Source of the DNA: Octopus vulgaris
Taxonomy: Eukaryota
Length of the DNA stretch: 64,000 nucleotides
Assembly: GCA_951406725.2 (NCBI GenBank)
Contig: OX597824.1
Coordinates: forward strand, 59,706,001-59,770,000
Direction: 5' to 3'
Shown: positions 41,661 to 54,034 of the stretch, one piece after another
Position numbering within the stretch: the first letter of the stretch is position 1
Layout of the letters: every line of letters starts with the position of its first letter
The notes under the pieces: model-generated
What the model was told of the DNA's origin: nothing
The model's input: the letters and a program-made list of their open reading frames with translations, nothing else
Database searches by the model: none
Position numbers and translations under genes: made by a program

Positions 41661-43208
41661 ATATATATGGATTTCGTAGACAGGAACTGAAACAAATCAA
41701 TAATATATATATGTAAGTCTATGTGTGTGTCTTTGTGTTTCTCCCTCATCACTGCTTCACAACTGCTGTTCATTTATTTACATCCACATAACTTACTGGT
41801 TTCACAAGAACAAACTAATAGAATAAGTACCAGGCTTATCAACACAAAAGAAAGCACTAGGCTGTGTCTCATATTTTTGTTTGCCCACTCAGTTGTATCT
41901 ATCAATTTATCTTTGTATGTGTGTATGTATATCTATCTATATATATATATAACACCCTAACGGGAGCCTTAACTCCCAAATTTTAGTCATTTCTTTTATG
42001 ATCCAAAACTAGGTCAAAAGTACTGAATGGATCTTTATGAAATTTGGAAATTATATTCTATGCATTAGGGCCATATCCCGATAACAATTCATATATTTTT
42101 GCTGTTGATGAAATTTTAACCATAGATATTAGACACAAATGAAGTAATATTTATAAAATTTCATCTTCTTACAAGTTAGAAAGACCCCGCCGTGAGGACT
42201 TAACACCCACAATTTAGTCATTTTATCTAAGCAAAAACGAATACAGTTGTGCTCTTGGAAGCTGTAGGGTTACCCGAGCATAAAAGTTGAGCATTATTTC
42301 TAATTCAATGGTACAACAGTGTAACAGTTTGCTTTGACATACACTTACATTGTTATTTCTGCAATGTGCTGCATAAATTGTCAAGTAAATGAGAGGCATC
42401 TTTGCCTCCACTGATTCAGTTGCAAAGTGTTGAATAAAGTTATTTGATTGCAGACCTCCTTTCAGTCTTTTTATTATCACTGGGTCACACATAGTCCCCA
42501 GATGGTAACATTGATTTCAAGGCCTGGTTATTCAAAGACATTCATAGATTGTAAATTTATTCTGTCCAGTTACGTATCAGTATAGTGGTCATTTGCAAAC
42601 TCCAGAGGTGACACTTTAATTTCTCCTTAGACCTCACGTCACACAGTTGTTAATGTTGATTTCAGCTGGGTCACGCCCTTCCAATTGCTATACATTCGTA
42701 ATGCATCTTACGGCTGTGCCTGTCACCTGGATGGTGAGGAATCCTACATTGGAAGTGCTACCAACTAGGGTAGGGTAACTGACTGCTTATCGTGATCATT
42801 TGTCTTTTGGTTTCCTGTAGCGTTGCTCTCTTTTACAAACCCAGTGAACATATATTTCCTATTTCAAAGAAATTCAAACAATAGATATAAGACCCAAGTT
42901 AAAAAGATTCTCAACAATTCAACTTCTCTGGTTGACATTAAGATGCCCACCCCCAACAGGGACCTTAACTCTCACATTTTAGAGCTCCATGACCTTCATT
43001 TCTCAGGAGCAAAATCTTTTTAACGGGTTCAATAAGACTGGGATTTTGGAATATGCACATAAAAATAAGTAGTATAGGATACATGTGGCACGATTACAAT
43101 TTTGATGAAATTAGAATCATAGATATTCCACTTCATTACAGAAAATATAACGGAAAGGTCTAATTCTTCAATTGAATGTAACCGGGCAACGCCGGGTATC
43201 TCTGCTAG

Positions 43209-44641
43209 TATTAAATATATAAAAAATAATACATCGATCATTAAAAATTCATACAATCGACTCTCTTGACATGGAGATTTTAGATATTCTCCACCATATT
43301 TCAAGATGTGATCAATATGGCGGGCTGATTTCTTCGCTGGATATTCGGGCCGAGAATGAAATATTTCACTAGCTCTTTTAATTTTCTCAGAATATGTTTT
43401 GTTTTCAATTAGTTCATTCATTTTCTCTATTAATTCCTCCGGAGTGAAGTTCTCTATATCTAGAGACAATCCGTAACCTTTCTCGGTCATTCTGCGAGAG
43501 TTATAATGTTGGTCTCCAAATAAAGGCATTCCCAGCATTGGTACACCATGGAACAAAGCTTCAAACTGACCGCTATTTCCACAATGAGTAACAAATAATT
43601 TTGTTTTAGGATGGCCAAGCAGATCATTTTGTGGTACCCAATCACTGATATAAATATTCTTATGAGAAAATGATGTTTTCTTCTGTCTCCACACAACATC
43701 ATATTTTATTTGTTTCAATGCACTTTGTAGTTTCTTTAATTGAACAGCAGGGAAATCATTGATATTACTGCCAAATGACACCACAACTATTCCATTCTTA
43801 GACGCATTTACGAATTTCACTAATTCTCCCTTCAAAGGCAATGAGCGTTTTGTAGCCAGACCACCAACGTATCTTACATTTGGAAGTTGTGGTAGTGGAT
43901 AATCTAGAAGTACATCTTTTTCAATAAGATAAAATTTTGCCTGATATAGCAAATCTATGAATGAAATATCAGGTTTGTCCTTCGCATATGTTTTGACACT
44001 GTGTATAGGCGCTCCAATAGGAGGAATACTGTAGTCTACAATAGCAACCAAAGTACTTATTAACTTTTCCGGATATGTCATCTTATCGGAGGATGAGAGT
44101 AAGCTGTTTGGAAAAACACTGGGGTTCCATGGAATAGGATGAAGACTAGGAAATATCTCACATCCTGTCAGAACAAACGGAATTGGTAATTGATAGGCAA
44201 TTGTTGTAAGACAATTTGTCGGAAATGGTCCATTAATAACAGCTAAACTAGCATTCACTGCTCTCAACATTTCAATCCATTTTTCATTCGTTAAAAATCT
44301 CTCGCACACTACAGGGAATAAAGTTAAGGCGTTTTTCATCATGTATAATTTTCTTGATACTTGTTTCTCTGAACTAGTGCGAATTTCTTCAATTTCTGGG
44401 ATCTCATCCATTGGAAGTATATTTATGTTCTGTTCGTTTTGGAAAGTTTTAGTGAGTTTTTTGTTTAGTATAAATAGTTATTATGACCATACTTTGATAA
44501 TTCTTTCGCAATAGAAATCATTGGATTTACGTGACTGTAACCAGGCCATGCTATGTTTAAAATATTCTTACTGTTGGCCCTCTTTAAACATACAATCATG
44601 CATAGCACCATTAAACTGAATAACAGACTCTTCTGTCTCAT
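43209..44641 (-). pseudogene. UGT type A copy 2, probable pseudogene
   Basis: ATG at 44641; 1-nt deletion near 44472 (agtataaatag versus agtataaaatag); short deletion in the TM coding region near 43228; C-terminal tail displaced by the Helitron. The listed ORF 43029-44411 reads through into Helitron sequence. Confidence 0.88.
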
Positions 44642-44699
44642 TTTTCAAGAGGTGTTGACCTAGAAAAAAGAAAAAAATTTATATATATATATATATTTT

Positions 44700-44758
<59 letters not shown>

Positions 44759-44999
44759 GAATTTATAAATAAGGATAATATCGATATTTAAATATCGATA
44801 TTATCAAGTGGTCAGCATGGGAAAAATACCATACAAAGGTAATAATTTTTTTACAACTAAAAATAAGGGTGTCTGAATGACACCACCATGCCGAAATAGC
44901 AGTCAAAACCCTGATTCTAAGAATCACGTCAAATGTTCATATTGCACCATGAGATAAGACAGAGGGACAAAATAGACTAGCAAAAAATATTACTGAATA

Positions 45000-45054
45000 A
45001 TTCAAGATCCTGGATTTCTAGCTTTGCTTTAAATAAGCTTTGCCTCGTCAGTTG
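45000..45054 (-). ncRNA. Type I hammerhead ribozyme (inverted copy)
   Basis: tcaa CTGACGA GGCAAAGCTTATTTAAAGCAAAGCT A GAAA TCCAGGA TC ttga. Confidence 0.65.
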
Positions 45055-45242
45055 ACTATATCAGGCACATAATTCGTCACTCTATTCACTGCATTGTTTA
45101 TTTTGAGCATATCGTATTTTTGGCGGGCAATTTAACTGGCCTTGTACATACGTGCATATATATGTATGCATGAACGTTCGTATATGTAATTATACCGTTT
45201 GTTCTGCATATATTTATTTGTATTTATGTGCCCATCTGATAT

Positions 45243-45300
45243 ATTCAACTGACGAGGCAAAGCTTATCTCAAGCAAAGCTAGAAATCCAGGATCTTGAAT
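45243..45300 (+). ncRNA. Type I hammerhead ribozyme (AUC triplet, one extra A before GAAA)
   Basis: attcaa CTGACGA GGC aaa GCTT atctc AAGC aaa GCT A GAAA TCCAGGA TC ttgaat. Confidence 0.72.
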
Positions 45301-46284
45301 TATTCAGTAATATCTTTTTGCTAGTCTATTTTGTCCCTCTGTCTTATCTCATGGTGCGATACGAACATTTAACGTGGTTCTTAGAGTCAGGGTTTTGACT
45401 GCTATTTCGGCATGGTGGTGTCTCTCAGACACCCATATTTTTAGTTATATATATATATGTATATGTATACATATACATAATCATACGTACATAAATTATG
45501 TTAAGCTTATTCATTGAGAAAGAAATATTTCCAGCCGAAGAGACATAATATTGACTGTATATATATTACACATATACATATGTATATGTGTGTATATATA
45601 TATAACTACACATGCATAGTTACATACAATTTTCAACGTCTATAATCTTACGTCAAAATAACATTTCTCTCCCCTTTTAGTTATTTTTCTGCTTTCTTCT
45701 TTTTTTTTTTTGTTTTCTTTTAATTCACTATGTTCTTCGATTTCATTTTACCAATTTTGACCATTTTGACCATTTTGCTGCACTTCTCTTCAGTTTACAT
45801 AAATTATATTGTTGTATGGTTGTGAAAAGAGGGAAAACTATAAATCACTCTAGCAACATCTCCATCAATGATTGACTGTTTCCCCTATATCTGACGAATA
45901 ATGCTATAGATTTCCAGGGATGAATGAAAACATATCTTACAATGGGAGATATTTTATTCTGGGAGTTCTAAAACGATCGACTGTTAGTTCTCCCTTCTTT
46001 CCTCCACTCCCGGTACTTATTCGCATTCTTTCATAGTTCTTCATATCTTTTACTTGCACGAAAGACCATGTTGTTTTTCCTCAGGCACGTTTAATGTTTT
46101 GTCTACAAACTACAAACAAGCCCCACCACTCATTTCCTTTTTTTTTTCATACAAAAACTAATGCAAATTTCGAACAAGGTATAAGTGTGAAAAGGTCCCA
46201 GAAAATTGGGTAACACCCCCTACAAAATAGGTGGTGGAGAAAAGTTGCCATTAGGGGGCTACACGAAATTCAACTCTGTACATT

Positions 46285-46572
46285 ATAGAATGTCTTCTAC
46301 TAGAGCCTCGGGCCCACCAAAGACTCGTGAATAAATTTGGTAAACGAAAACTGATATGTGTGTGTAGGGTGTGGGTGTCTTTGTGTGTGTGTCTGTCTGT
46401 TTGTCCCTCCCCCACCAGTTTGACAACCGATGTTGGTGTGATTGCGTCCTCGGAACTTAGCTGATAGATAAAGAACCAGGCTTATAGGAAATAAGTCTAG
46501 GAGTCGATTTCTTCGACTAAAGGGCGGTGCTCCAGCTTCACCACCGTCAAATGACTGAAACAAATAAAAGAC
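46285..46572 (+). mobile_element. SINE body and tail
   Basis: tgtcttctactagagcctc...gacaaccgatgttggtgtg...accaggctt...ggcggtgctccagc...gactgaaacaaataaaaga. Confidence 0.7.
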
Positions 46573-47417
46573 TACCAGAAAAACGTTCCGTGCCACTATA
46601 CCAAGTAGGTTCTTTTAATATGTACAATGTATTTTAAGGCTAAATAGTTATTCAATTTACGTTTGTGTAACTGAGATATTGGTTGGATTATATAGTTCTC
46701 AGATTTACACTTCTTTCTATATTCTGTAACTGTCACAATACAGAAATATTTCTCAGGGCAACAGAAAACAATTTACAGATGGTTATATTTTTTATATTTT
46801 CCGTGAATTTTTCACGTGTCCAGCTTGTAAAATATGAATAGCCATATGCTCATACTACATCAGGAAACCTGTTCCCAATATGCCTCCTTTCGTCTTACTT
46901 TCACTACGCATCTTTTAGCATAAAACCCGCCTCTCATCGGGTTATCATTTTCCAGCTGCATTTTTATCTCACTAGTGTACGTGGCACGAGCAACAGCAGC
47001 CAGTACACACTGTCAAGGTTTTGCGTTAGGAAGGGCATTTGCATTAGGAAACAATGCCAAAACAGATAGAAGCGCACAATTCCATCCTTGGGTCTCGTAG
47101 TAGCTGTCAATTTTTCAACTAATGCCAGCATAGAACATGAATGTTCAATGATGATGACTGTGATGATAATGACGATGATAATGATCATGATAACGATATA
47201 AAGAAAAAATATATAAACCGATGTATTAATATGTATCGGTGAGAAGTGTTTAAACTGCAACGATTTTGATTCGGTTATTTGATAAGGGAATGCAAACAGA
47301 ATTCAAATTTCAACGATGTGAAGTGAAATTAGACGTTAGATAAGGGGGAAAGGAAAATAATTCTGATTTGATTATTGAATAAATTGGTCTGATATTTCTG
47401 ATTTTCAATTATACGAA

Positions 47418-47608
47418 TGACAGAGAGGTGGCTGTGCAAATATTGAGAATATAATTATATCATAAGGCTGTGAAAAGATTAGTAAATGAATGAAACAGTT
47501 ATATAGGTACATCACTGTTTCATTAATTTACTAATTTTATCCCAGCCTTCACAATTCACTGATGATATAACTTTATTCTCAATATTTGCACAGCCACCTC
47601 TCTGTCAC
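47418..47608. mobile_element. Palindromic MITE-like element (paralog of 23996-24212)
   Basis: tgacagagaggtggctgtgc...gcacagccacctctctgtca. Confidence 0.75.
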
Positions 47609-47909
47609 TATTATGTATGCTCCTTACATAAGACAAACGGCCGCATTGGGCTGCAATATTTTCCTCCATATCATCAGGATAGGAATCCATTGGACAGTGG
47701 ATATACAATGTCACTTTATCAGGGAAAATTACACATAAAAACAATCAGCGGGTGTTGTATTAAAAAAGCTGAGTATGAATTGCGATGAAAATTAACATTT
47801 CTATACAAATAAAGAACTATGCTTTCAGGGTTATTGCAGTTAGAACTTGACTTACATAAAGCGAAGCAAAAGAGATATGATTTACATATTTGAGCTTACC
47901 AAAACGTAT

Positions 47910-48728
47910 TTGAGTCAATCTTCAAAAGCAACAAACGTTTTGTAGCCAGACCACCAACGTACCTTCAATTTGGAAGTTGTGGTAGCGGATAAAGTAGAAG
48001 TACATCTTTTTCAATAAGAAAAACTTGTGCCTGATGTAGTAAATCCGTGAATGGAATGGGTTTGTTTTTCGCATATGTTTTAACGCTTTGTGCAGGTTCA
48101 CCAATAAAAGGAATGGTGTAATCCATGATAGCCACCAAAGCTCTATTTATCTTTTTCCTATATGTCATCTTGCTCGAGGATCCGACGAAACTGTTGGAGA
48201 AAACACTCGGAATCCTTGGGATGCGATGAAAACTAGGAGATATCTCAGATCTTGTGAGAACAAACGGAATTGACAATTGACGGGCAATTATTGTAAGACA
48301 ATTTGTCGGAAATAGTCCATTAATAACAGCTAGACTGGCATTAACCGCTCGCAGTGATTCGATCCATTTCTCATCCTTCAGAATTCTATTACATATCAGA
48401 GGAACCAAAGTGAACACACTTTTAATCACATATCTTCGATTTGATACTATTTCTGTTGTGCGTCAGTAAAGGTTTTACTCAATTCTGTGATTTCTTCCAT
48501 TGGAAGGATATTTGTTTTGTTCATTTTGGAAAGTTTTAGTGAGTTTTTGTTATTTAGTATAAAATAGTTATTGTGTCCATACTTCGATAAATCGTTTGCT
48601 ATAGAAATCATTGGATTCACGTGACTATTGAAGGGTCATGCTAGGTATAAAATATTTTTACCATTAACTATCAGTAAAAAAAAAATAACAGCGTATAGCG
48701 CCAATATACTGACGAAAAAATTATTCAT
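47910..48728 (-). pseudogene. UGT type B pseudogene (B3), C-terminal half deleted
   Basis: ATG at 48728; Trp-to-TGA near 48636; frameshifts; residual ORF 47965-48429; a deletion joins the TKRLL region to the last codons. Confidence 0.93.
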
Positions 48729-49718
48729 CCTTTTTTTCCTGAATTTGTGCCTCACAAAATAAAGAGAAAAAGGTAAACTGTAATTATTACTTAAATAATA
48801 ATATTGTGGTTATGTATTAGAATTTCATTTTAAATCTATCTTTGTATCTTTTATATGTTTCAGTTAGGAGACTGCAGCCATGCTGTGGCACTAGCTTGAC
48901 GAGAATTAAATCGAACTTATGGACCGCAGGACTTACTATTTTTAAAGTAAGGTACTTATTCAATAGGTCACTTTTACCGACCCACTATATTAAGTCAAAC
49001 AAATGAAAAATAAAAACGATAGTGGTCACCGTTGAAGTCCCTTTTTCACATGAAAGCTGTCCTGTGACAAAACATAAACAACTTAACTCTCATGACAGTC
49101 TGCCCACGCTATGCTATGACACACTAGTAAAGTAATGCATGTCTGTGGATTAACTTTCAACACACCAACGAAAACTACAAAGAGTTTTGTTCAAAAAGTT
49201 TCAAACCTATCAAAATTTAAACTGCAACAAAGCATTTAACCATTTAATTACTAATTGATATAAGCAAACTCTTCTCTATACGAAAATGACATAAGTTGAA
49301 GAAAATCTTGACAATTTCATCGAGGAAAACAGAGTGGGAGGAGACTGTAATATTGTACAATAAAATATGACAGCTGGCAAGTGCTTAAAATGTATATATT
49401 TATTACAAAATGAATAAGCGATTTATTAAAAAAATTTATGAACCGAACAGATTAAACTTCTTGTTTTGATTATAAGAAATATAATGGCACTCTACTTTAA
49501 CACGTATTATTTTCAGTGAAGATGTTTATGTTTAATACGGAGCTTCTACAAAATGTTTGAAACAAAAAGAAAAATCAACACACCATATGAGGTAAATCTT
49601 TAAAAACTACACCACATAAATATGACATCTACAGAAAATTAAATGTTTCTAACCATCATTTGAATGGATCAAAAACTTGCCATGATTTATATTCCTTCAA
49701 CTTATCAAAGAAATGATT

Positions 49719-51236
49719 TTAGTCAATCTTCGTTTTTTTCTTGAAACAAAACGATAAACATTTTTTCACACTTCGATATATTAAATATATCAAAAATAAT
49801 GTTGCAGCAAATATAGGAACTAATACATCGATCATTAAAAATTCATACAATCGACTCTCTTGACATGGAGATTTTAGATATTCTCCACCATATTTCAAGA
49901 TGTGATCAATATGGCGGGCTGATTTCTTCGCTGGATATTCGGGCCGAGAATGAAATATTTCACTAGCTCTTTTAATTTTCTCAGAATATGTTTTGTTTTC
50001 AATTAGTTCATTCATTTTCTCTATTAATTCCTCCGGAGTAAAGTTCTCTATATCTAGAGACAATCCGTAACCTTTCTCGGTCATTCTGCGAGAGTTATAA
50101 TGTTGGTCTCCAAATAAAGGCATTCCCAGCATTGGTACACCATGGAACAAAGCTTCAAACTGACCGCTATTTCCACAATGAGTAACAAATAATTTTGTTT
50201 TAGGATGGCCAAGCAGATCATTTTGTGGTACCCAATCACTGATATAAATATTCTTATGAGAAAATGATGTTTTCTTCTGTCTCCACACAACATCATATTT
50301 TATTTGTTTCAATGCACTTTGTAGTTTCTCTAATTGAACAGCAGGGAAATCATTGACAATACTGCCAAATGACACCACAACTATTCCATTCTTAGACGCA
50401 TTTACGAATTTCACTAATTCTCCCTTCAAAGGCAATGAGCGTTTTGCAGCCAGACCACCAACGTATCTTACATTTGGAAGTTGTGGTAGTGGATAATCTA
50501 GAAGTACATCTTTTTCAATAAGAAAAAACTGTGTCTGATGTAGTAAATCTATGAATGAAATATCAGGTTTGTCCTTCGCATATGTTTTGACACTGTGTTT
50601 AGGCGCTCCAATAGGAGGAATAGTGTAGTCTACAATAGCAGCCAAAGTACTTATTAACTTTTCCGAATATGTCATCTTATTGGAGAATGAGAAGACGTTG
50701 CTTGGAAAAACACTGGGGTTCCATGGAATACGATGAAGACTAGGAAATATCTCACATCCTGTCAGAACAAACGGAATTGATAATTCATAGGCAATTGTTG
50801 TAAGACAATTTGCCGGAAATAGTCCACTAATAACAGCTAAACTGGCATTCACTGCTCTCAACATTTCAATCCATTTTTCATTCGTTATAAATCTTTCGCA
50901 CACTACAGGGAATAAAGTTAGGACCTTTTTCATCATGTATAATTTTCTTGATACTTGTTTCACTGAACTAGTGCGAAATTCTTCAATTTCTGGGATCTCA
51001 TCCATTGGAAGTATATTTATGTTCTGTTCGTTTTGGAAAGTTTTAGTGAGTTTTTTGTTTAGTATAAAATAGTTATTATGACCATACTTTGACAATTCGT
51101 TCGCAATAGAAATCATTGGATTTATGTGACTGTAAACAGGCCATGCTATGTATAAAATATTTTTACTGTTGACTCTCTTTAAACATACAATCATGCATAG
51201 CACCATTAAACTGAATAACAGACTCTTCTGTCTCAT
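49719..51236 (-). CDS. UGT: UDP-glycosyltransferase, type A copy 3, single coding exon, 505 aa
   Basis: Intact ORF with signal peptide, UGT signature, TM helix and KKKTKID. Confidence 0.97.
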   Translation of the reverse strand: MRQKSLLFSLMVLCMIVCLKRVNSKNILYIAWPVYSHINPMISIANELSKYGHNNYFILNKKLTKTFQNEQNINILPMDEIPEIEEFRTSSVKQVSRKLYMMKKVLTLFPVVCERFITNEKWIEMLRAVNASLAVISGLFPANCLTTIAYELSIPFVLTGCEIFPSLHRIPWNPSVFPSNVFSFSNKMTYSEKLISTLAAIVDYTIPPIGAPKHSVKTYAKDKPDISFIDLLHQTQFFLIEKDVLLDYPLPQLPNVRYVGGLAAKRSLPLKGELVKFVNASKNGIVVVSFGSIVNDFPAVQLEKLQSALKQIKYDVVWRQKKTSFSHKNIYISDWVPQNDLLGHPKTKLFVTHCGNSGQFEALFHGVPMLGMPLFGDQHYNSRRMTEKGYGLSLDIENFTPEELIEKMNELIENKTYSEKIKRASEIFHSRPEYPAKKSARHIDHILKYGGEYLKSPCQESRLYEFLMIDVLVPIFAATLFLIYLIYRSVKKCLSFCFKKKTKID

Positions 51237-51738
51237 TTTTCAAGAGGTGTTGACCTAGAAAAAAGAAAAAATTTAGAAAGACATATGAATAAATTTTTGA
51301 TTATATATTCGAATGATATTTGCGATGAAAGGAAAGCTACATGTATCTAATGACTGTCTGGCATCAACAGTCATTACAATAACAAAAATATGGTAGCAAA
51401 TCTGTATAGTAACTTCGACGCTCTAACCAGACTATTTAGAGCTTCATTAGAAGTGGTTCATGCATATATCTTAAACAGCAACAAAGCACATAACCACCTT
51501 AGTAATAATTAATATAATCATAGAGTTATCCGTAAACAGTTGTACAAATAGAGATATATTATCAATATTACATCATATTCATAGATATATAGATAGATAG
51601 AGAGTATTGGTAGATAGATACATTGCATACATACAACAAATATATACGTCGGTATAAATGCATATGTAATAATATATAAATATATATATACACACACACA
51701 CATACAAGTATGACGTATATATATGCATATATATATAC

Positions 51739-51825
<87 letters not shown>

Positions 51826-52214
51826 CATGATCACACGTACATAAATTATGTTAATTTTATTCATTGAGAAAGAAATACTTCCAGCCGAATGGATGTAATA
51901 TTGACTGTATATATATATTACATATATGCATATGTATATGTGTGTATACATGTGTGTGTGTGTGTGTGTTCGTGCGTGTGAGTGTTTGAGTGCGTGTGTG
52001 TGCATATATGTGTATATATATATAGCCACACATGCATACATACATACATACAATTTTTAAAATCTATTATCTTATGTCAAAATAACATTTCTCTCCCCTT
52101 TAAGTTATTTTTCTGTTTTCTTCTTTTTTTCTTTTTTACTTTAATTCACTATGTTCTTCGATTTCATTTTACCAATTTTGGCCATTTTGTCTTTCGTTTT
52201 ATCACCATTTGGTC

Positions 52215-53206
52215 TGATATATTGCTACACTTCTCTTCAGTTTACATAAATTATATTGTTATATGGTTGTGAAAAGAGGGAAAACTATAAATCACACTAG
52301 CAACATCTCCATCAATGATTGGTTGTTTCCCCTATATCTGACGAATAATGTTGTAAGTTTCTAGGGATGAATGAAAACATATCTTACAATGGCACCTGTA
52401 ACGAAACAGCCGAATAAAGAAGATTTGGACCTCAGAACTCTCTGCTTTCAATAAAACTGTGACCCACAATTTGTTTCTAGTGCCAGTACTCATACCAATA
52501 TTTGGGCTGCTTGATTGGACACTTGATGAGATCCGAGCCATTGATGTCAAAACCCGAAAATACTGACAAACACAAATAATTTCCACATAAACAGTGACGT
52601 AGACCGCCTCTACCTAAAACGAAAATAAGGCGGCAGAGGCTTAACATCGATCCAAAATAACTTTGACTGTCGTATCATATCTCTTCGGCAACATCTTTTA
52701 ACCACCAAGTGTCGAAATGCATCCCTTGATCATGTTTGAAAACATCAGGCTGATAACATCATAAGTGTTGGAAGGTAGCTCATTGAAAAACACTCTTTGA
52801 TAACCTAGAACACATGACCAAAGAAGTTGCACGACTCTACAGCACGTGTCATCAGATAAAAGGATGAGCCTCTATGAGCAGAAGACTGTGCATTGTTATG
52901 TTAGTAGTAAGCTCCAAGATGATAGTAACATTAATCATCAAAGCAGTCTATCATGGACCAATAGCAGGATTACTACTTTCCCACTCTGGAGGGTATGCGT
53001 TTGCAATCCAGGAGCAGAAAAAATCAACCAAGTACCCGATGCACAAAAGCGATAGAGGTGCAAGAAAATTAGTAAAATGTGACAACAAATGCAGACTTTG
53101 TGGAGTTAACACCAAAGATATCACCGACATCATAAGCAATTGTCCGAAAATGTCATCACGGTATTATCTAGCGATGAAACATGATGCTGTAGCTGGGACA
53201 CTATAA
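52215..53206 (+). mobile_element. Old Dong/R4-like LINE fragment (paralog of 29590-30586)
   Basis: Same motifs; CRLCG...IISNCP...KHD. Confidence 0.8.
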
Positions 53207-54034
53207 TTAAATCTGTTTTATAAGGCTGGAAAGATATCAACAATTGTATCAGATGTAGGAGGAATTTTCAGTTGTTCAAAATGTACTTAGACATTTTTTT
53301 ACAACCCCTGAAAATTTCTGACTTAGAGTTCAGTAGTGAGTTAGGGATCTTGGATCTGAAAAGGAGCTGAGTTCTTTCAGCTATACATAGCTTACATTTA
53401 TTTGACACACTAGTAAAGTGATGCATGTCTGTGGATTAACTTTCAACACACCAACGAAAACTACAAAGAGTTTTGTTCAAAAAGTTTCAAACCTATCAAA
53501 ATTTAAACTGCAACAAAGCATTTAACCATTTAATTACTAATTGATATAAGTAGACTCTTCTCTATACGAAAATGACATAAGTTGAAGAAAATCTTGACAT
53601 TTTCATCGAGGAAAACAGAGTGGGAAGAGACGGTAATATTGTACAATAAAATATGACAGCTGGCAAGTGCTTAAAATGTATATATTTATTACAAAATGAA
53701 TAAGCGATTTATTAAAAAAATTTATGAACCGAACAGATTAAACATCTTGTTTTGATTATAAGAAAAATAATGGCACTGTACTTCAGAATTCACGTATTGT
53801 TTTCAGTGAAGACGTTTATGTTTAATACGGAGCTTCTACAAAATGTTTGAAACAAAAAGAAAAATCAACATACTATATGAGGTAAATCTTTAAAAACTAC
53901 ACCACATAAATATGACATCTACAGAAAATTTCCAAATTTCAATTAATTTTTTAAAATTAAATGTTTCTAACCCTCATCAATAGATCAAAAACCTGCCATG
54001 ATTTACATTCTTTCAACTTATCAAAGAAATGATT

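Larger units (their letters stand above)
37121..43208 (+). mobile_element. Non-autonomous Helitron (with nested inserts) splitting UGT-A2
   Basis: Starts TCttctctatatataaaac; ends with a GC-rich hairpin ccgggcaacgccggg plus CTAG. Inserted between A and T of cttcgata|tattaaat with no TSD. Confidence 0.88.
44760..45446. mobile_element. Non-coding hammerhead-bearing element with ~200-bp inverted repeat, in (TA)n
   Basis: Arms 44855-45055 and 45245-45446 are reverse complements, each carrying a hammerhead motif. Confidence 0.8.
46885..53405. repeat. Segmental duplicate of about 23470-30783 (B pseudogene + UGT-A unit)
   Basis: Colinear flanks, MITE, B pseudogene, SINE, A gene, microsatellite and Dong fragment. 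Confidence 0.9.

Noticed and set aside
43029-44411. ORF-track 460-aa ORF as an intact fifth UGT
   Set aside because: It starts at an internal Met after a frameshift, lacks the signal peptide and catalytic His, and ends in Helitron sequence.
44867-44911. Second hammerhead-like motif in the inverted-repeat arms (ctgaatga...ccgaaatagcagtc)
   Set aside because: Core spacing is wrong in both arms, and helices II and III pair poorly; at best a relic.
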